Below, piece after piece: positions 37,201 to 48,966 of a DNA stretch of 64,000 bases. Position 1 is the stretch's first letter, and each line of letters starts with the position of its first letter. The stretch is from Macrostomum lignano (Eukaryota). The notes below the pieces were generated by a model, which had not been told where the DNA came from, did no database searches, and saw only the letters and a list, made by a program, of their open reading frames with translations. Location: the NCBI GenBank assembly GCA_002269645.1, contig NIVC01002737.1:80217-144216 (forward strand). Reading direction: 5' to 3'. The translations under genes were made by a program, and so were the position numbers.

Positions 37201-38632
37201 CTGAGGATGGCATTGGGGGCATGAGTCACACCTTGAGGATGGCATTGAGGGCATGAGTCACACCTTGAGGATGGCATTGGGGGCATGAGTCACACCCTGA
37301 GGATGGCATTGGGGGCATGAGTCACACCCTGAAGATGGCATTAGGGGCATGAGTCACACCCTGAGGATGGCATTAGGGGCATGAGTCACACCCTGAGGAT
37401 GGCATTAGGGCATGAGTCACACCCTGAAGATGGCATTAGGGCATGAGTCACACCTTGAGGATGGCATTAGGGGCATGAGTCACACCCTGAGGATGGCATT
37501 GGGGGCATGAGTCACACCCTGAGGATTGCATTGGGGGCATGAGTCACACCTTGAGGATGGCATTGGGGGCATGAGTCACACCTTGAGGATGGCATTGGGG
37601 GCATGAGTCACACCCTGAAGATGGCATTAGGGCATGAGTCACACCTTGAGGATGGCATTGGGGGCATGAGTCACACCTTGAGGATGGCATTGGGGGCATG
37701 AGTCACTCTAAGTGTTGCATTGGAGCTATTATCACACTCTGACCCACCTTTTTATCGTGGGTCCGCTTCTCCCCATAGAGCTGCATGACCTCCTCCGCTG
37801 TTAAAAACTTCGGTTGCTGGCCGTGCAACCCGTGAAAGCTTTCGAACAGCAGATAGCAGCAGACCATGGCTCCCGTGCGGCCCTGGCGTGCCAATGGTGA
37901 CAGAAATTATTTATAAACTGGGCAGGTTTGCACCAAAAGTTAAAATGTTGCTACTCTATTCGTATAAAATCTAACACTACTGCTGAATCTCACCCTTGAG
38001 TTTCAAATCTCACCATTGAATAACAAATCTCACCATTGAATATCAAGTCTCATCATTTAATATCAAATCTCACCACTAGTATGAAATCTCAGCCTTGAAT
38101 ATCAAATTTGAACTGTATGTATCAAATCTGACTGTTGGACACCAAATCTCACCCTTACGAACCAAATCTCACTCTTAAATATCAAATCTGACTCTTAGAT
38201 ATGAATTTTCACACTTGTGTATCAAGTCTCTACCTGAGGTTTAGCAATTATCTAAGTGCACCCTACCCCAGTCCCATTTCAACTCGAGTCCCAAAGGCTC
38301 ACTTTTCCCGCCTTGCAATGAATCGCAGCCACATAATCCGTGCCCTTCTTCAGCCAATTGTAAACGGATTCGCAGAAGCTGGGAATGATGTGAATAGGCG
38401 GCGGATTGTGATCCCGCATGGGGAACTGCTCCACCCGGCCTTGAAACTTCGCCGAATCGTAAGTTCGCTCCACGCATCTGGAGGGGCGGAAAGTGGCGGC
38501 GAATGCCTGTACGAGTACACTACTTTGCTGTCTCAATATGTCTGTCTGTGTCTTTCTGTCTGTCTGTCTGTCTGTCTTGGTTTCTGTCTGTCTGTCTGTC
38601 TGTCTGCCTGCCTGCCTGCCTGCCTGTGTCTT

Positions 38633-38679
<47 letters not shown>

Positions 38680-38684
38680 TTGTA

Positions 38685-38735
<51 letters not shown>

Positions 38736-38796
38736 TTGTATCTGTCTGTCTGTCTGTCTGTCTGTCTGTATGTCTGTCTGTCTGTCTATCTGTGTA

Positions 38797-38835
<39 letters not shown>

Positions 38836-38838
38836 TTA

Positions 38839-38876
<38 letters not shown>

Positions 38877-39303
38877 CTGTCTGTCTGTCTGTCTGTCTGT
38901 CTGCCTGCCTGCCTGTCTGTCTTTCTATCTGCCTGTCTGTCTGTCTTATTGTCTGTCTGTCCGTCTGTACAACAGCCCCTAGTTACGGGAGTAACTCACA
39001 GATTATATACGCAGTACTTCTTGGCGTGCCTCTCCTCCAGAAGTCTGAAGTGCAGAAACCAGTGCAGATAAATTAAACATTTATACAGGTGGTCTAAATT
39101 CAGGGCACTGATTGCACAAGTTTCGAATTGGTAACGGACCTGACAACTTCATCAATATTGTTCCGAAATAGCCGCTCCAGAGTGTCGGCGGGGACGCCCA
39201 TCGCGATGATTTGCGGAGTGATGTAGGACAGGTCCAAGTTGAAGTCGTCCTCTGTGAACCGCTTCTTTTTCTTAGAAACCATCTGGCGCAGAGCTCTGGC
39301 CAT
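34236..39303 (-). CDS. PTEN: Phosphatidylinositol 3,4,5-trisphosphate 3-phosphatase PTEN homolog (484 aa, 7 exons)
   Basis: Exons 39303-39140, 39044-39000, 38477-38303, 37882-37748, 36944-36765, 36127-35759, 34622-34236 join in frame (1455 nt). [33 protein letters not shown], catalytic [22 protein letters not shown]2 domain [18 protein letters not shown], ends TTAL. Several junctions match human PTEN (after c.164, the 45-nt exon, K|GVT, before the last exon). Confidence 0.96.
34655..35710. repeat. 20-22-bp minisatellite in PTEN intron 6
   Basis: GATTAGATGATTAGCACAC(AC)T. Confidence 0.96.
36185..36700. repeat. 21-bp minisatellite in PTEN intron 5
   Basis: GACAGACACTGATGCAGGTCA. Confidence 0.96.
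36938..37705. repeat. 32-bp minisatellite in PTEN intron 4 that includes the splice acceptor and exon start
   Basis: Minus-strand unit ..GCCATCCTCAG|GGTGTGAC.., about 24 copies. Confidence 0.95.
38540..38965. repeat. (TCTG)n microsatellite in PTEN intron 2
   Basis: Visible directly. Confidence 0.96.
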
Positions 39304-40462
39304 GGCGAGCCCTCAGGTTGGAGAACAGTCTGGTTCGCAGCCTTGCTACTGGACTCGCCAATGCAAGGGCTGGCAGGAGTCAAGGTGGGAACGCTGTACA
39401 TGTACTGTTGCTATGCGAACAGACAAAATTATATACTATTTTATATATTTAGTACAATAAGCAAACAAACTTAATATGCTTATAGTTTCCACCTTGATTG
39501 AGTTATAAATATAATTGTGGTTTATTTCTCTCTGAACTATTCAATTGATAATACCAAGTTGTTGCAGTGCTAATAGTTTTTATCTTACTATTAAGCCACC
39601 AAAGCTGTAACAAATGTGTTCATTCTGCCTTCTAAAATAATCCTCCAATTATCACCAAGCTAAAATACAAATAGGGTCTCTCTCAATTTATACATTTACT
39701 TCTAAAAATAAACTATAAAATGTATCTTAATACATTTCTAGTAGTTCTAATATATTCTAGTATGAGCCATCTTATTAGTACATATACAATTTATAATCTT
39801 GCTTGGGCATTATTGAAATTATTATCTCATGGCATTATTCTTAATAATTATATTTCTTTGTATGGACTTTGTATGAACTCTCTCTCTCTTTCTATGTGTG
39901 TGTGTAAATCTCTTCAAATTATTCTAGAATTCTCTTACTCAAAATAAACTATACTATAGGCCTAACTATAAATAACTTGTTTCAACCCCAAGGTTAACTA
40001 GGCCCTAGGCAAGTTTGCAATTTGAACTAGCAAATGACTGAAGAGTTTAAAACCCAAGGGCCTACTTAAGGTTTTATCAAAGTTAATTTAATTAATCAAA
40101 ATATGCTCTTGTTTATAGCCATTTCCCTAATTTATTTATAACAAAAAATAATTCATTGATATATTTGGCATATAAAAACAAAAACTATAGTCTAGTGTCT
40201 GTCTTGCACAATTTCAAGAATTCAACTTGATTAAAATGAAATACTATAATTGATTACCATTGCATCATAACATTAGGACTTTTATATTCAAACAAAAATA
40301 AGTCAATAAATAAAGTGTAAGCCTAAGTTGGCCATACACCAAGATGGCCACAATATTGAATCTCTATTATATCTATTCTCTTTCTACTATTAATTAGCAA
40401 TATAACAGCTATTGTTATATTAATTAATTGTTTAATCAATCATATTAATAAATACTAATGCA

Positions 40463-40830
40463 ATTTTATTTATTAGAGGCAGGGGGTTGTGTGCACCTTA
40501 GTGCACTTTAGGCAACATAGGCACACAACCAGTGAGAGGCATTACTGCCCATTCCACTGACTCCCCTGAGCAGGCATACAAGCGCGCAGATATGTACACA
40601 GGCACACACTCAGACAGGAGTGTACAGCGACCCTAACTTTATCAATTGTTAGGCATGTACACTTCACTGTGCCTTGGGGGGGGGGGGGTTGGCTTCCAAG
40701 GCCGTTAATTGCACGAGCAGAGCCAAGCCGAGATTCCAATTCAGCCCCAAATTAATGTGACTGCACTTGGAATCGAGCCTGGGTTGCTGGCACACCAGAG
40801 CAGCTGTGCTACCGCTGGGCTACGGCCCCC
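40463..40830 (-). mobile_element. tRNA-derived SINE (about 370 bp)
   Basis: Minus strand begins GGGGCCGTAGCCCAGCGG (A box) ..GGCTCGATTCC (B box), then a unique body and an AATAAATAAAA tail. Confidence 0.7.
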
Positions 40831-40994
40831 CCCCCTATACTGATGCAATAATTAGAAATTAACTAGCAATCTTTGCCCCCCGTTGGGGGACATCTGGATA
40901 GAATCTCTGTTCTCTACAAGTAACAAAAAGACAGCCAAATAAAGCCTTCACAAAGACAACAGAAGAACTGCTCAAATAAAGTGTAATGCAAAAA

Positions 40995-41110
40995 GAAATC
41001 ATCCCCCAGATAGCAAGTATCCCCCAGATAGAAAGCATCCCCCAGATAGCAAGCATCCCCCAAAAAGCAAGCATCCCCCAGATAGCAAGCATCCCCCAAA
41101 TAGTAAGCAT
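40995..41110. repeat. Short 18-19-bp tandem repeat
   Basis: CCCCAGATAGCAAGCATC. Confidence 0.85.
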
Positions 41111-41194
41111 CCACCAGACAATAAGTAGCTAGTGCAACAATTTCCTAAGCTCTATAGTGGCTCCTTTAAAATTGGCATGACGCTTACTTTTATG

Positions 41195-43000
41195 TTTGAA
41201 ATTGTGTATCTTTTATGTTTGACATGGCGGCTCTTTAATGTTTGACATGGTGGCTCTTTAATGTTCGACATGGTGGCTCCTTTATGTTTGACATGGTGGC
41301 TCTTTAATGTTCAACATGGTGGTTCTTTTACGTTTGACATGGTGGCTCTTTAATGTTCGACATGGTGGCTCTTTAATGTTTGACATGGTGGCTCTTTAAT
41401 GTTCGATGTGGTGGCTCCTTTATGTTTGACAAGGTGGCTCTTTAATGTTCGACATGGTGGCTCCTTTATTTTTGACATGGTGGCTCTTTATTGTTTGACA
41501 TGGTGGCTCTTTAGTGTTCGACATGGTGGCTCTTTAATGTTCGACATGGTGGCTCTTTATTGTTCGAAATTGTGGCTCTTTAATGTTCTACATGGTGGCT
41601 CTTTAATGCTCTACATTGTGGCTCTTTAATGTTCTACATTGTGGCTCTTTAATGTTCTACATTGTGGCTCTTTAATGTTCTACATTGTGGCTCTTTAACG
41701 TTCGACAGGGTGGCTCTTAATGTTTGACATGGAGTCACATATGTGTTAGACATGGGGTCATGTATATATTTGGCATGGAGTCACATATATGCTTTACATG
41801 GTCTATATGCTTTACTCTTTAATGTTTGACATGTTGGCTCTTTAATGTGTGACATAGTGGCTCTTTAATGTTTGACATGGAGTCATGTATATATTTGGCA
41901 TGGAGTCACGTATATGTTTGACATGGTGGCTCTTTAATGTTTGACATAGTGGCTCTTTAATGTTTGACATAATGGCTCTGGTGGCTCTTTTATGTTTGAC
42001 ATGATGGCTCTTTAATGTTCGACATGGTGGCTGTTTAATGTTTGTTATGGAGTCATATGTATATGTTTTACATGTTGGCTCTTTAATGTGTGACATAGTG
42101 GCTCTTTTATGTGTGACATGGAGTCACGTATATATTTGACATAGAGTCACATATATGTTTGACATGTTGGCTCTTTAATGTGTGACATAGTGGCTCTTTA
42201 ATGTTTGACATGGAGTCATGTATATATTTGGCATGGAGTCACATATATGTTTGACATGTTGGCTCTTTAATGTGTGACATAGTGGCTCTTTTATGTGTGA
42301 CATGGAGTCACGTATATATTTGACATGGAGTCACATATGTTTGACATGTTGGCTCTTTAATGTGTGACATAGTGGCTCTTTAATGTTTGACATGGAGTCA
42401 TGTATATATTTGGCATGGAGTCACATATATGTTTGACATGGTGGCTCTTTAATGTTTGACATAGTGGCTCTTTAATGTTTGACATAGTGGCTCTTTAAGG
42501 TTTGACATAATGGCTCTTTAATGTTTGACATGATGGCTCTTTAATGTTCGACATGGTGGCTGTTTAATGTTTGTTATGGAGTCATATGTATATGTTTTAC
42601 ATGGTAGCTCTTTTATGTGTGACATGGAGTCACGTATATATTTGACATGGAGTCACATATATATTTGACATGGTGGCTCTTTAGTGTTTGATATGGTGGC
42701 TCTTTAATGTTTGACATGGTGGCTCTTTAATGTTTGACATAGTGGCTCTTAATTTTTTACTTGGTGGCTCTTTAATGTTTGACATGGAGTCACGTATGTG
42801 TTTGACATGGAGTCACGTATATGTTTGACATGGAGTCACATATATGTTTGACATGGTGGCTTTTTAATGTTTGACATGGTGGCTCTTTAATGTTTGACAT
42901 GGTGGCTCTTTTATGCTTGACATGGTGGCTCTTTTATGTTCGACATGGTGGCTCTTTAATGTTCAACATGGTGGCTCTTCTATGTTTGACATTGTGCTTC
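41195..43000. repeat. 23-bp minisatellite with interleaved subfamilies
   Basis: TTGACATGGTGGCTCTTTAATGT and TTGACATGGAGTCACATATATGT variants. Confidence 0.96.
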
Positions 43001-43057
43001 TTTTATGTGTAGCAGTTTTGTGTTTTTAATGTGTTTTAATAAAAAAATCTTTTGCAC

Positions 43058-43118
43058 TACTAAGATTCGAACCCAGGTCACTACATTAGCATCCCAGTCT
43101 GTTTGCATCTGGGCTATC
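43058..43118 (-). other. tRNA-like A/B-box fragment (SINE head or tRNA pseudogene)
   Basis: Minus strand TAGCCCAGATGC..GGGTTCGAATC; no complete cloverleaf. Confidence 0.45.
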
Positions 43119-44487
43119 TCTTTTCATTTGGAGAACATGAATTGTGGCCCTTATAATTCAATTCTTACAGCAAGTCAATTGGAGTAGAAAGTTATGACAT
43201 AAGAAATTTCTTAGTCAGCCAGTATCAGTCTCAATTCAAGTTAGCAATATGGTTACGCAATTTCAATCAAGTCTTGTGTGCGTTTCTGTGGCACTGTTTT
43301 CAACTTGTTGTGATGCAATCTTTATCACAATCGTAATTCAGCCAGTCAGTTTTTTCTCTAGCATTCTTACAATGCATTTTAAGTCAAAAATTTGGCTTGA
43401 CCTTTGCAAAAAAGCATGTTTTTCGAATATTTAATCCCTTTAACATTGAGCAATTTCTTAGCCAAGATGCATGTACCGTCCCAGGAAAATTTCTGATCGA
43501 ATGGTGCAAGTTTGAAGAAAATCAGTTGAGCCATTTTTTCTGAAATCTATCGCATAGCTAGTTAGTTACAGACATTTCATTTTTAGTATATAGGATTTGA
43601 AACAATATTTGAAACTAATTACCTATAATATAAAAACTGTATTTTTTTCTGTTTTTGCTATTGCTAATGTAGCAATAATGCTAGCAGTTTCAACCCATTT
43701 CAGCAAAATAATCAATAGTCAATAGTCAATAGTCAATAGTCAATAGGCAATAGTCAATAATGACAAAATATACTTTCACAATTTTGTCTAAAGCTGACTA
43801 TTTGGCAAAAGATTTGTTCTAAGCTTTAGTGAAGGGTTTTGTTGTTTTAAAAGAAAGTTAAAAAGAAAAATGACAAACTTTATAAAGACAATTTTTATTG
43901 TGATATGTTTTTGTTCTGTTGCAGTTTATTTCAATTGTTTTATTAGTAGGTGCCTAGCGCCATTCTATTACAGCAGGATTTCAAAGCACAATTTTAGGAA
44001 CTAGAAGTCTAGAACTAAAAAAACACATTGTCATCATCAGTCATCACTAATCTATCAATTGCATATTGATAGATTGCATATACATAACATAGCTACTAGC
44101 AAAGTTCATGAGTTATTTAATTTTCTAATTGCAAATAATTTGAAAAACAATTTGCAAAAATGAATAATTTATTAAAAGCTTCAATCACCAAAGTGATAAG
44201 CCTATATTTGCAATTATATACATAGCTGATCTTTTTACCAAACTGGTCACTTTCTTTTACCGAAATATAGGCCTATATCTATTTAAACTAAAAATTCACT
44301 TTTGCCAAAGTATCTTTCACCAAAATTTCTTTCATTGAAATGGGCTGCACCTATGCTAGCTATACAAAAAATGTGATAAATATACAACAAAATATTTATT
44401 TTGTACTAGGTTACTTGCTTTATATAGGCCTATTTATCCAATAGGCCTATCTATAAGCCCCTAGGTCAGGCAGGCTAGGCCTACAAT

Positions 44488-45286
44488 CAGTGGTGTGATT
44501 GGCAAAAGGCCATTTTTTTCGCGCCTCACAAAAAAATTCGCGCCATTGTTTACTAGTTTAAATAACATGCTAACTACATAAATGTACATGTAGAAAAACC
44601 CATATTTTTATGGTTTTTGCTTCTTTTTTCCAGCACTAAGGATCAATCCTTGCTGTGGCAGTACTTTACCACTTATAAAAGTTTGGCCTGCACAACTAAA
44701 AAGCGAGCAGCAAATGTCCTTGCACAAAAATGGGTGTCAAAACTTCATAGTATTTGATTTCTAAACTTTTTTGAAGGACACTCTGGGGTAGGCAATGGCT
44801 ATTCCTAACTTCCTGCTCAACAGCCTTCCATTTCAGCACTTGCTTAGCAATTCTTTCAGCTTCCTTCAATTTCTTCTGCTGGAGCTTGCATTTCTCCTGT
44901 CAAAGCTGTTTCAACTCTTGATCCTTCTCCTTGTTACGAGTCAGCTCCAGCAGCAGTCGTTGGAGCTCTCTTCAGTCTGCTTCCATTTTGACTGGATCTC
45001 ATCTTCTTTCATTTTAATCTGCTGCTCTAGTCTAGATTAAAAATCTGTTCATTAGAGTCTAGATCCAATTTGCATGTATTGTACACCATAACATAAAGTA
45101 TAAATTTGAATAAGCCTAAAGCGTGCGTGAATAGACTAAACGTGATCAGTTCATCAGTAAAAAATGAAAATTCAAAAATTGAAAAACTGCGCCTCTGCTT
45201 GACGAAAATCTGCGCCTGCCCTCAGAAATCGCGTATTCGCGCCTTTTTTGCACCTGGCGCGAATTCGCACCTCAATCACACCACTG
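44488..45286. mobile_element. Non-autonomous hAT-type element
   Basis: Perfect 14-bp TIR CAGTGGTGTGATTG / CAATCACACCACTG; perfect 8-bp TSD CCTACAAT at 44480-44487 and 45287-45294. Confidence 0.9.
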
Positions 45287-46865
45287 CCTACAATAAAAGC
45301 TACAGCCAAAGCCAAAGGGAATGATTATAATGTAATACAATTTATTTATTTATAGCATCTATCTCACTAATTACTACCAATAGGAAATGAATGAAATATA
45401 TAGACCTGGGCTTATTATTTTCTATTTAGACATTTAGAGCTGTGGCTAGGCCTATCTAGGTATGTGGCTATCTTGGTCATGCACCATAAATAATTGTGTC
45501 AATCACTTCCCATGAAAATGGGAATTTGGTTTCATGATGAAATAAACTTATAATGACCAAATCTTAGGCCTAATCATTTAAAACCCATTTATACCCTCTC
45601 CCTCTGGCCTGCCTACATCAAAAAGGAAAGAAAAGTAGGCAGGCAGGCAAAGGATAACGATCCTTGTCTCTTTGAAAAATAGACTAGAAAAGACGACTAG
45701 GAAAAATAGACTAGAAATTGAATGATTAATTTTAGGCCTACTTGCATACTTGGTAGGCCTATACTGCGGCTATAGCAAAAATTCAAAGTCAAGTTTTATG
45801 ACATCTTAACTATTTTTATCATTGACTTCAACTTGTTGATGAAGTTTATTTATGCAGTTTTTAGAATTTTAATATCACTTAAAAAACCCATAGTTGGTCA
45901 TTCTTTGTTTCTATTTTAAGGTGTATCTGTAATTTTAATCAGTTCTATTTAAACTGTCGATTACCAAAACAGCAAAATAAACTGATATTCTTTAACGCTC
46001 GGCTCATGTGCCATAGCATTGCGCATTTGCGCACATTGCATTAAGGCCAAACTAGCTGGCTAAGAAATAAATATTAAATAGGTCCGTGATAGCATAGTCG
46101 TCGATTGTTCATTATCAATGTGGTCGTGGAACTCACGAGCACGGTCGATCGTAATTTCCAGGAGAGTGGATGGTTTTTAAATCTGATCACTGAGTCATAA
46201 AGTTGGTCTATTAAAGAAGTAACTATTAAATTAGGTGAGCTCTGAATCAGCCTTAATTTAATTTACTACCTATAGCTTCTGTCGACAGAAAACTCAGTGG
46301 CTTTTTTAAATAAGAATCTACGTTGTACTTGTTTTAATCTACAGATTCACAAAGACCTTGAGACTTTTCATATTACCAATTCCAGAATCAGAGAATAGGT
46401 TCGGATCTTCCAAGAAAAACAGCAGCATAACTATTTAATTCTGTTGAATGTTTGACATGCCTTAACAACCTCACTTAGCACAATTTTTCACAATTTCTTC
46501 TTGGCGATTGTCATTCAATAATAAAAACATTATAGCATGTATCTCCCTCTAGTTATGGAGACAAAAAGTTTTGTTACTTCACAAATTGGTTCTGTTTCTG
46601 GAACCAGAACAAGCAATATGAAAAGGCCCCTTGACTAACTATGAATCGTGATGTGTTGATTTTTTGCGCTAAAGAATTGCCTATGGCAATGTTTGAGTTC
46701 ATATTTTTATAGTGTAAGTGCTGCGTCTCATTTTAAGTTTCACAAAATATACAAGTCTGAGGTGCGATTCATCTGTTATTCAATTGCGAACCTCCGCAAT
46801 GCAACTCGCGGAGACAATCAACTCTTCTGACTGTTCGTCCACTACATGTACTCGTATGGTATACC

Positions 46866-46935
46866 AGTCGTTTCGGTGACAAGTCGTTTCGGTGACAGAC
46901 GTTTCGGTGACAAATAGTCGTTTCGGTGACAAGTT
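46866..46935. repeat. Four copies of GTTTCGGTGACA
   Basis: Visible directly; resembles sub-terminal repeats of a TIR element end. Confidence 0.75.
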
Positions 46936-47299
46936 GCTTTTGTGATGGTCACACATCATTTTTATGAAAAATTAAAGATTTCATGAGTATTGACATTTTA
47001 GTGATAAGAGGCACTTCAGTATTAGCTTGTAGTTATTTATTTCCTCAGTGCCACCACGCGGCCCCGCGACTAGCTGGCACCCCCAACATCGTGATTTTTC
47101 TATCAAGGCACCAAACCAGGCATGTCTACATATTATACAATGCTTTTGCACCGTGTTAAATTGGAGAGTTACAGATTTAACTCGCGACTGAATAATATAA
47201 AATATATTTAATTTGTCAAAAATGATATTACAGCAAATTCAAAGCAGAAGGATCTGAACACTGACACATACACAATTAGGCTGAGTCAATTGTCACTAT

Positions 47300-47898
47300 T
47301 TAATTTGGTGCACAACGTAGGCAGTAATGGTGACTCACTGTCTTTTCCATTGCAGTGTGTCTTCGGCAAATTCCTTCGTCACACATGCAACACTTCCTTG
47401 TTGTTGCACTCAAAGCTTCTCGTCCTTTGACTTTTGTCTCGCGCATGTTGCACAGCGCTTTCTGCCACCAACTGACACCACAGCCGCCGCTTTGCGTGCC
47501 TGTTCCTTCAGTTGCTCGCCGTTGATTCGACAACCTGCGAGCTGGAACATCAGCCTGTGATGATTGGACAGATTCTGAAGAAGAGCGGCCGATTGCGAGC
47601 GCTCCTCGATCAGAGGTTGCAGAAGTTGCGCAGCTGCCTTGGGCTGGAACTCGTTGCAATAGTTCGGCGAGGCGCAGAGCTCCGGGTGCGCCAGTCTCCA
47701 GATAGCAGCGGCATTCACAGCTGCTATGTTGAGTATGCCGCCGGAGAAGATTGCCTTCTCACATGAGTCGGACTTTCGCTTGCAGTCGGATGTGCAGAAC
47801 ATCCTGTTGCAGGTGTCCGTGCCACTCCTGGTAGAATTGTAAATACGCCAAGCAGCGTACGCCAACTCGCTAAAGTTAATATTAACAATTGTTGGCAT
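47300..47898 (-). pseudogene. piggyBac transposase C-terminal fragment
   Basis: IYNSTRSGTDT..RKS..IF..ILNIAAVNAAAIW matches piggyBac YNxTKGGVD..RK..W..F..LNIA..NA; Cys-rich tail RKRCATC..(frameshift)..KCCMCDEGICRRH..HHYCLRC. Confidence 0.85.
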
Positions 47899-48966
47899 AA
47901 CGCCGTAACCTCAGACTCTTATTATAAAATCATAAAAACCGTAAAACTCGATTCGTAAGATGAAAGTTCATAACTATGATCGTGATTTATAAAAATTTAA
48001 AATTTCACGCAAACTAATCGTGTAATTTTCTAAAAAAAACTTAAACAAAAAATTGATTTTTGTTGGCATTATCTGTAAGCCAATTTACTTTAAATGAAAA
48101 CCACACATTTGATAAATAATTTATAAAAAAAATTTGTCGCAAAGCCTAGAAAACCTGGCGTAAGTTCCTAGGACCTTGGCGCACGTTTCAGTATGAAGTG
48201 GCGTAGATTTTTTAGGGGACTTTTTATTCCGGCGTATACCATGACATGATCCTGACTATGCGGTCATATTGGCTCGTAGATGAAGCAAGCGATCGTGACA
48301 ACATACTGGTATATATTGACGTCAGCCAGTTCCAGCACCAGCGTAAGCGGATATGGAAATTGTATTATATTGCGAGTTGGAGGGGGCCGATCGACCTGAT
48401 GAGGCAGGACTCTCATATCGGAACAACTGAATCGTACCTGCAACTGATTGCAGGTATACATGTAAATATACATGTAAATGCGAATTACTCGTAATTCTGC
48501 ACGATTCCGATTTTAAACTGGAGACCTGCAACTGCAGCCCAACATATCCATTTCTATCACTTTTGTTCACCTTCTTAACTCCGGCGGCAATCAATATACG
48601 AGCAAGATTAAATGGAACAAAATTTTACCAGGATAGATGGACTGCGGATTGTTTGAATCAAAAAGGAACAATCCATCACAGTAATGAGGCCCAGTAATAA
48701 TGAATAAACAAGTGGCCAAATTTTATGTATATTTTAGAGAATTTTTACTAAATTTTCGTTCTCGGGGAAACTTGAGCCTCAAAAGTTTCTTAGAAATGAA
48801 GAATCGCCATCCTGTGGTCCAAGTGGTCGAAGCAAAATAGAGTAGCTAATTTTTCAACAATATAAATGCTCAAATGAAAGTACAGTAAGAACAACTAATC
48901 CAAAGTGATACAAAGCTACTCATTTTTCTCTGCTTTCACTCGCAGTTACCACGGATTTCAAGCTCG

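Noticed and set aside
40750-43118. Functional tRNA genes
   Set aside because: Only A/B boxes; no complete acceptor and anticodon stems.
48246-48594. Short ORFs downstream of the coiled-coil gene
   Set aside because: No recognisable motif or coherent splice structure.
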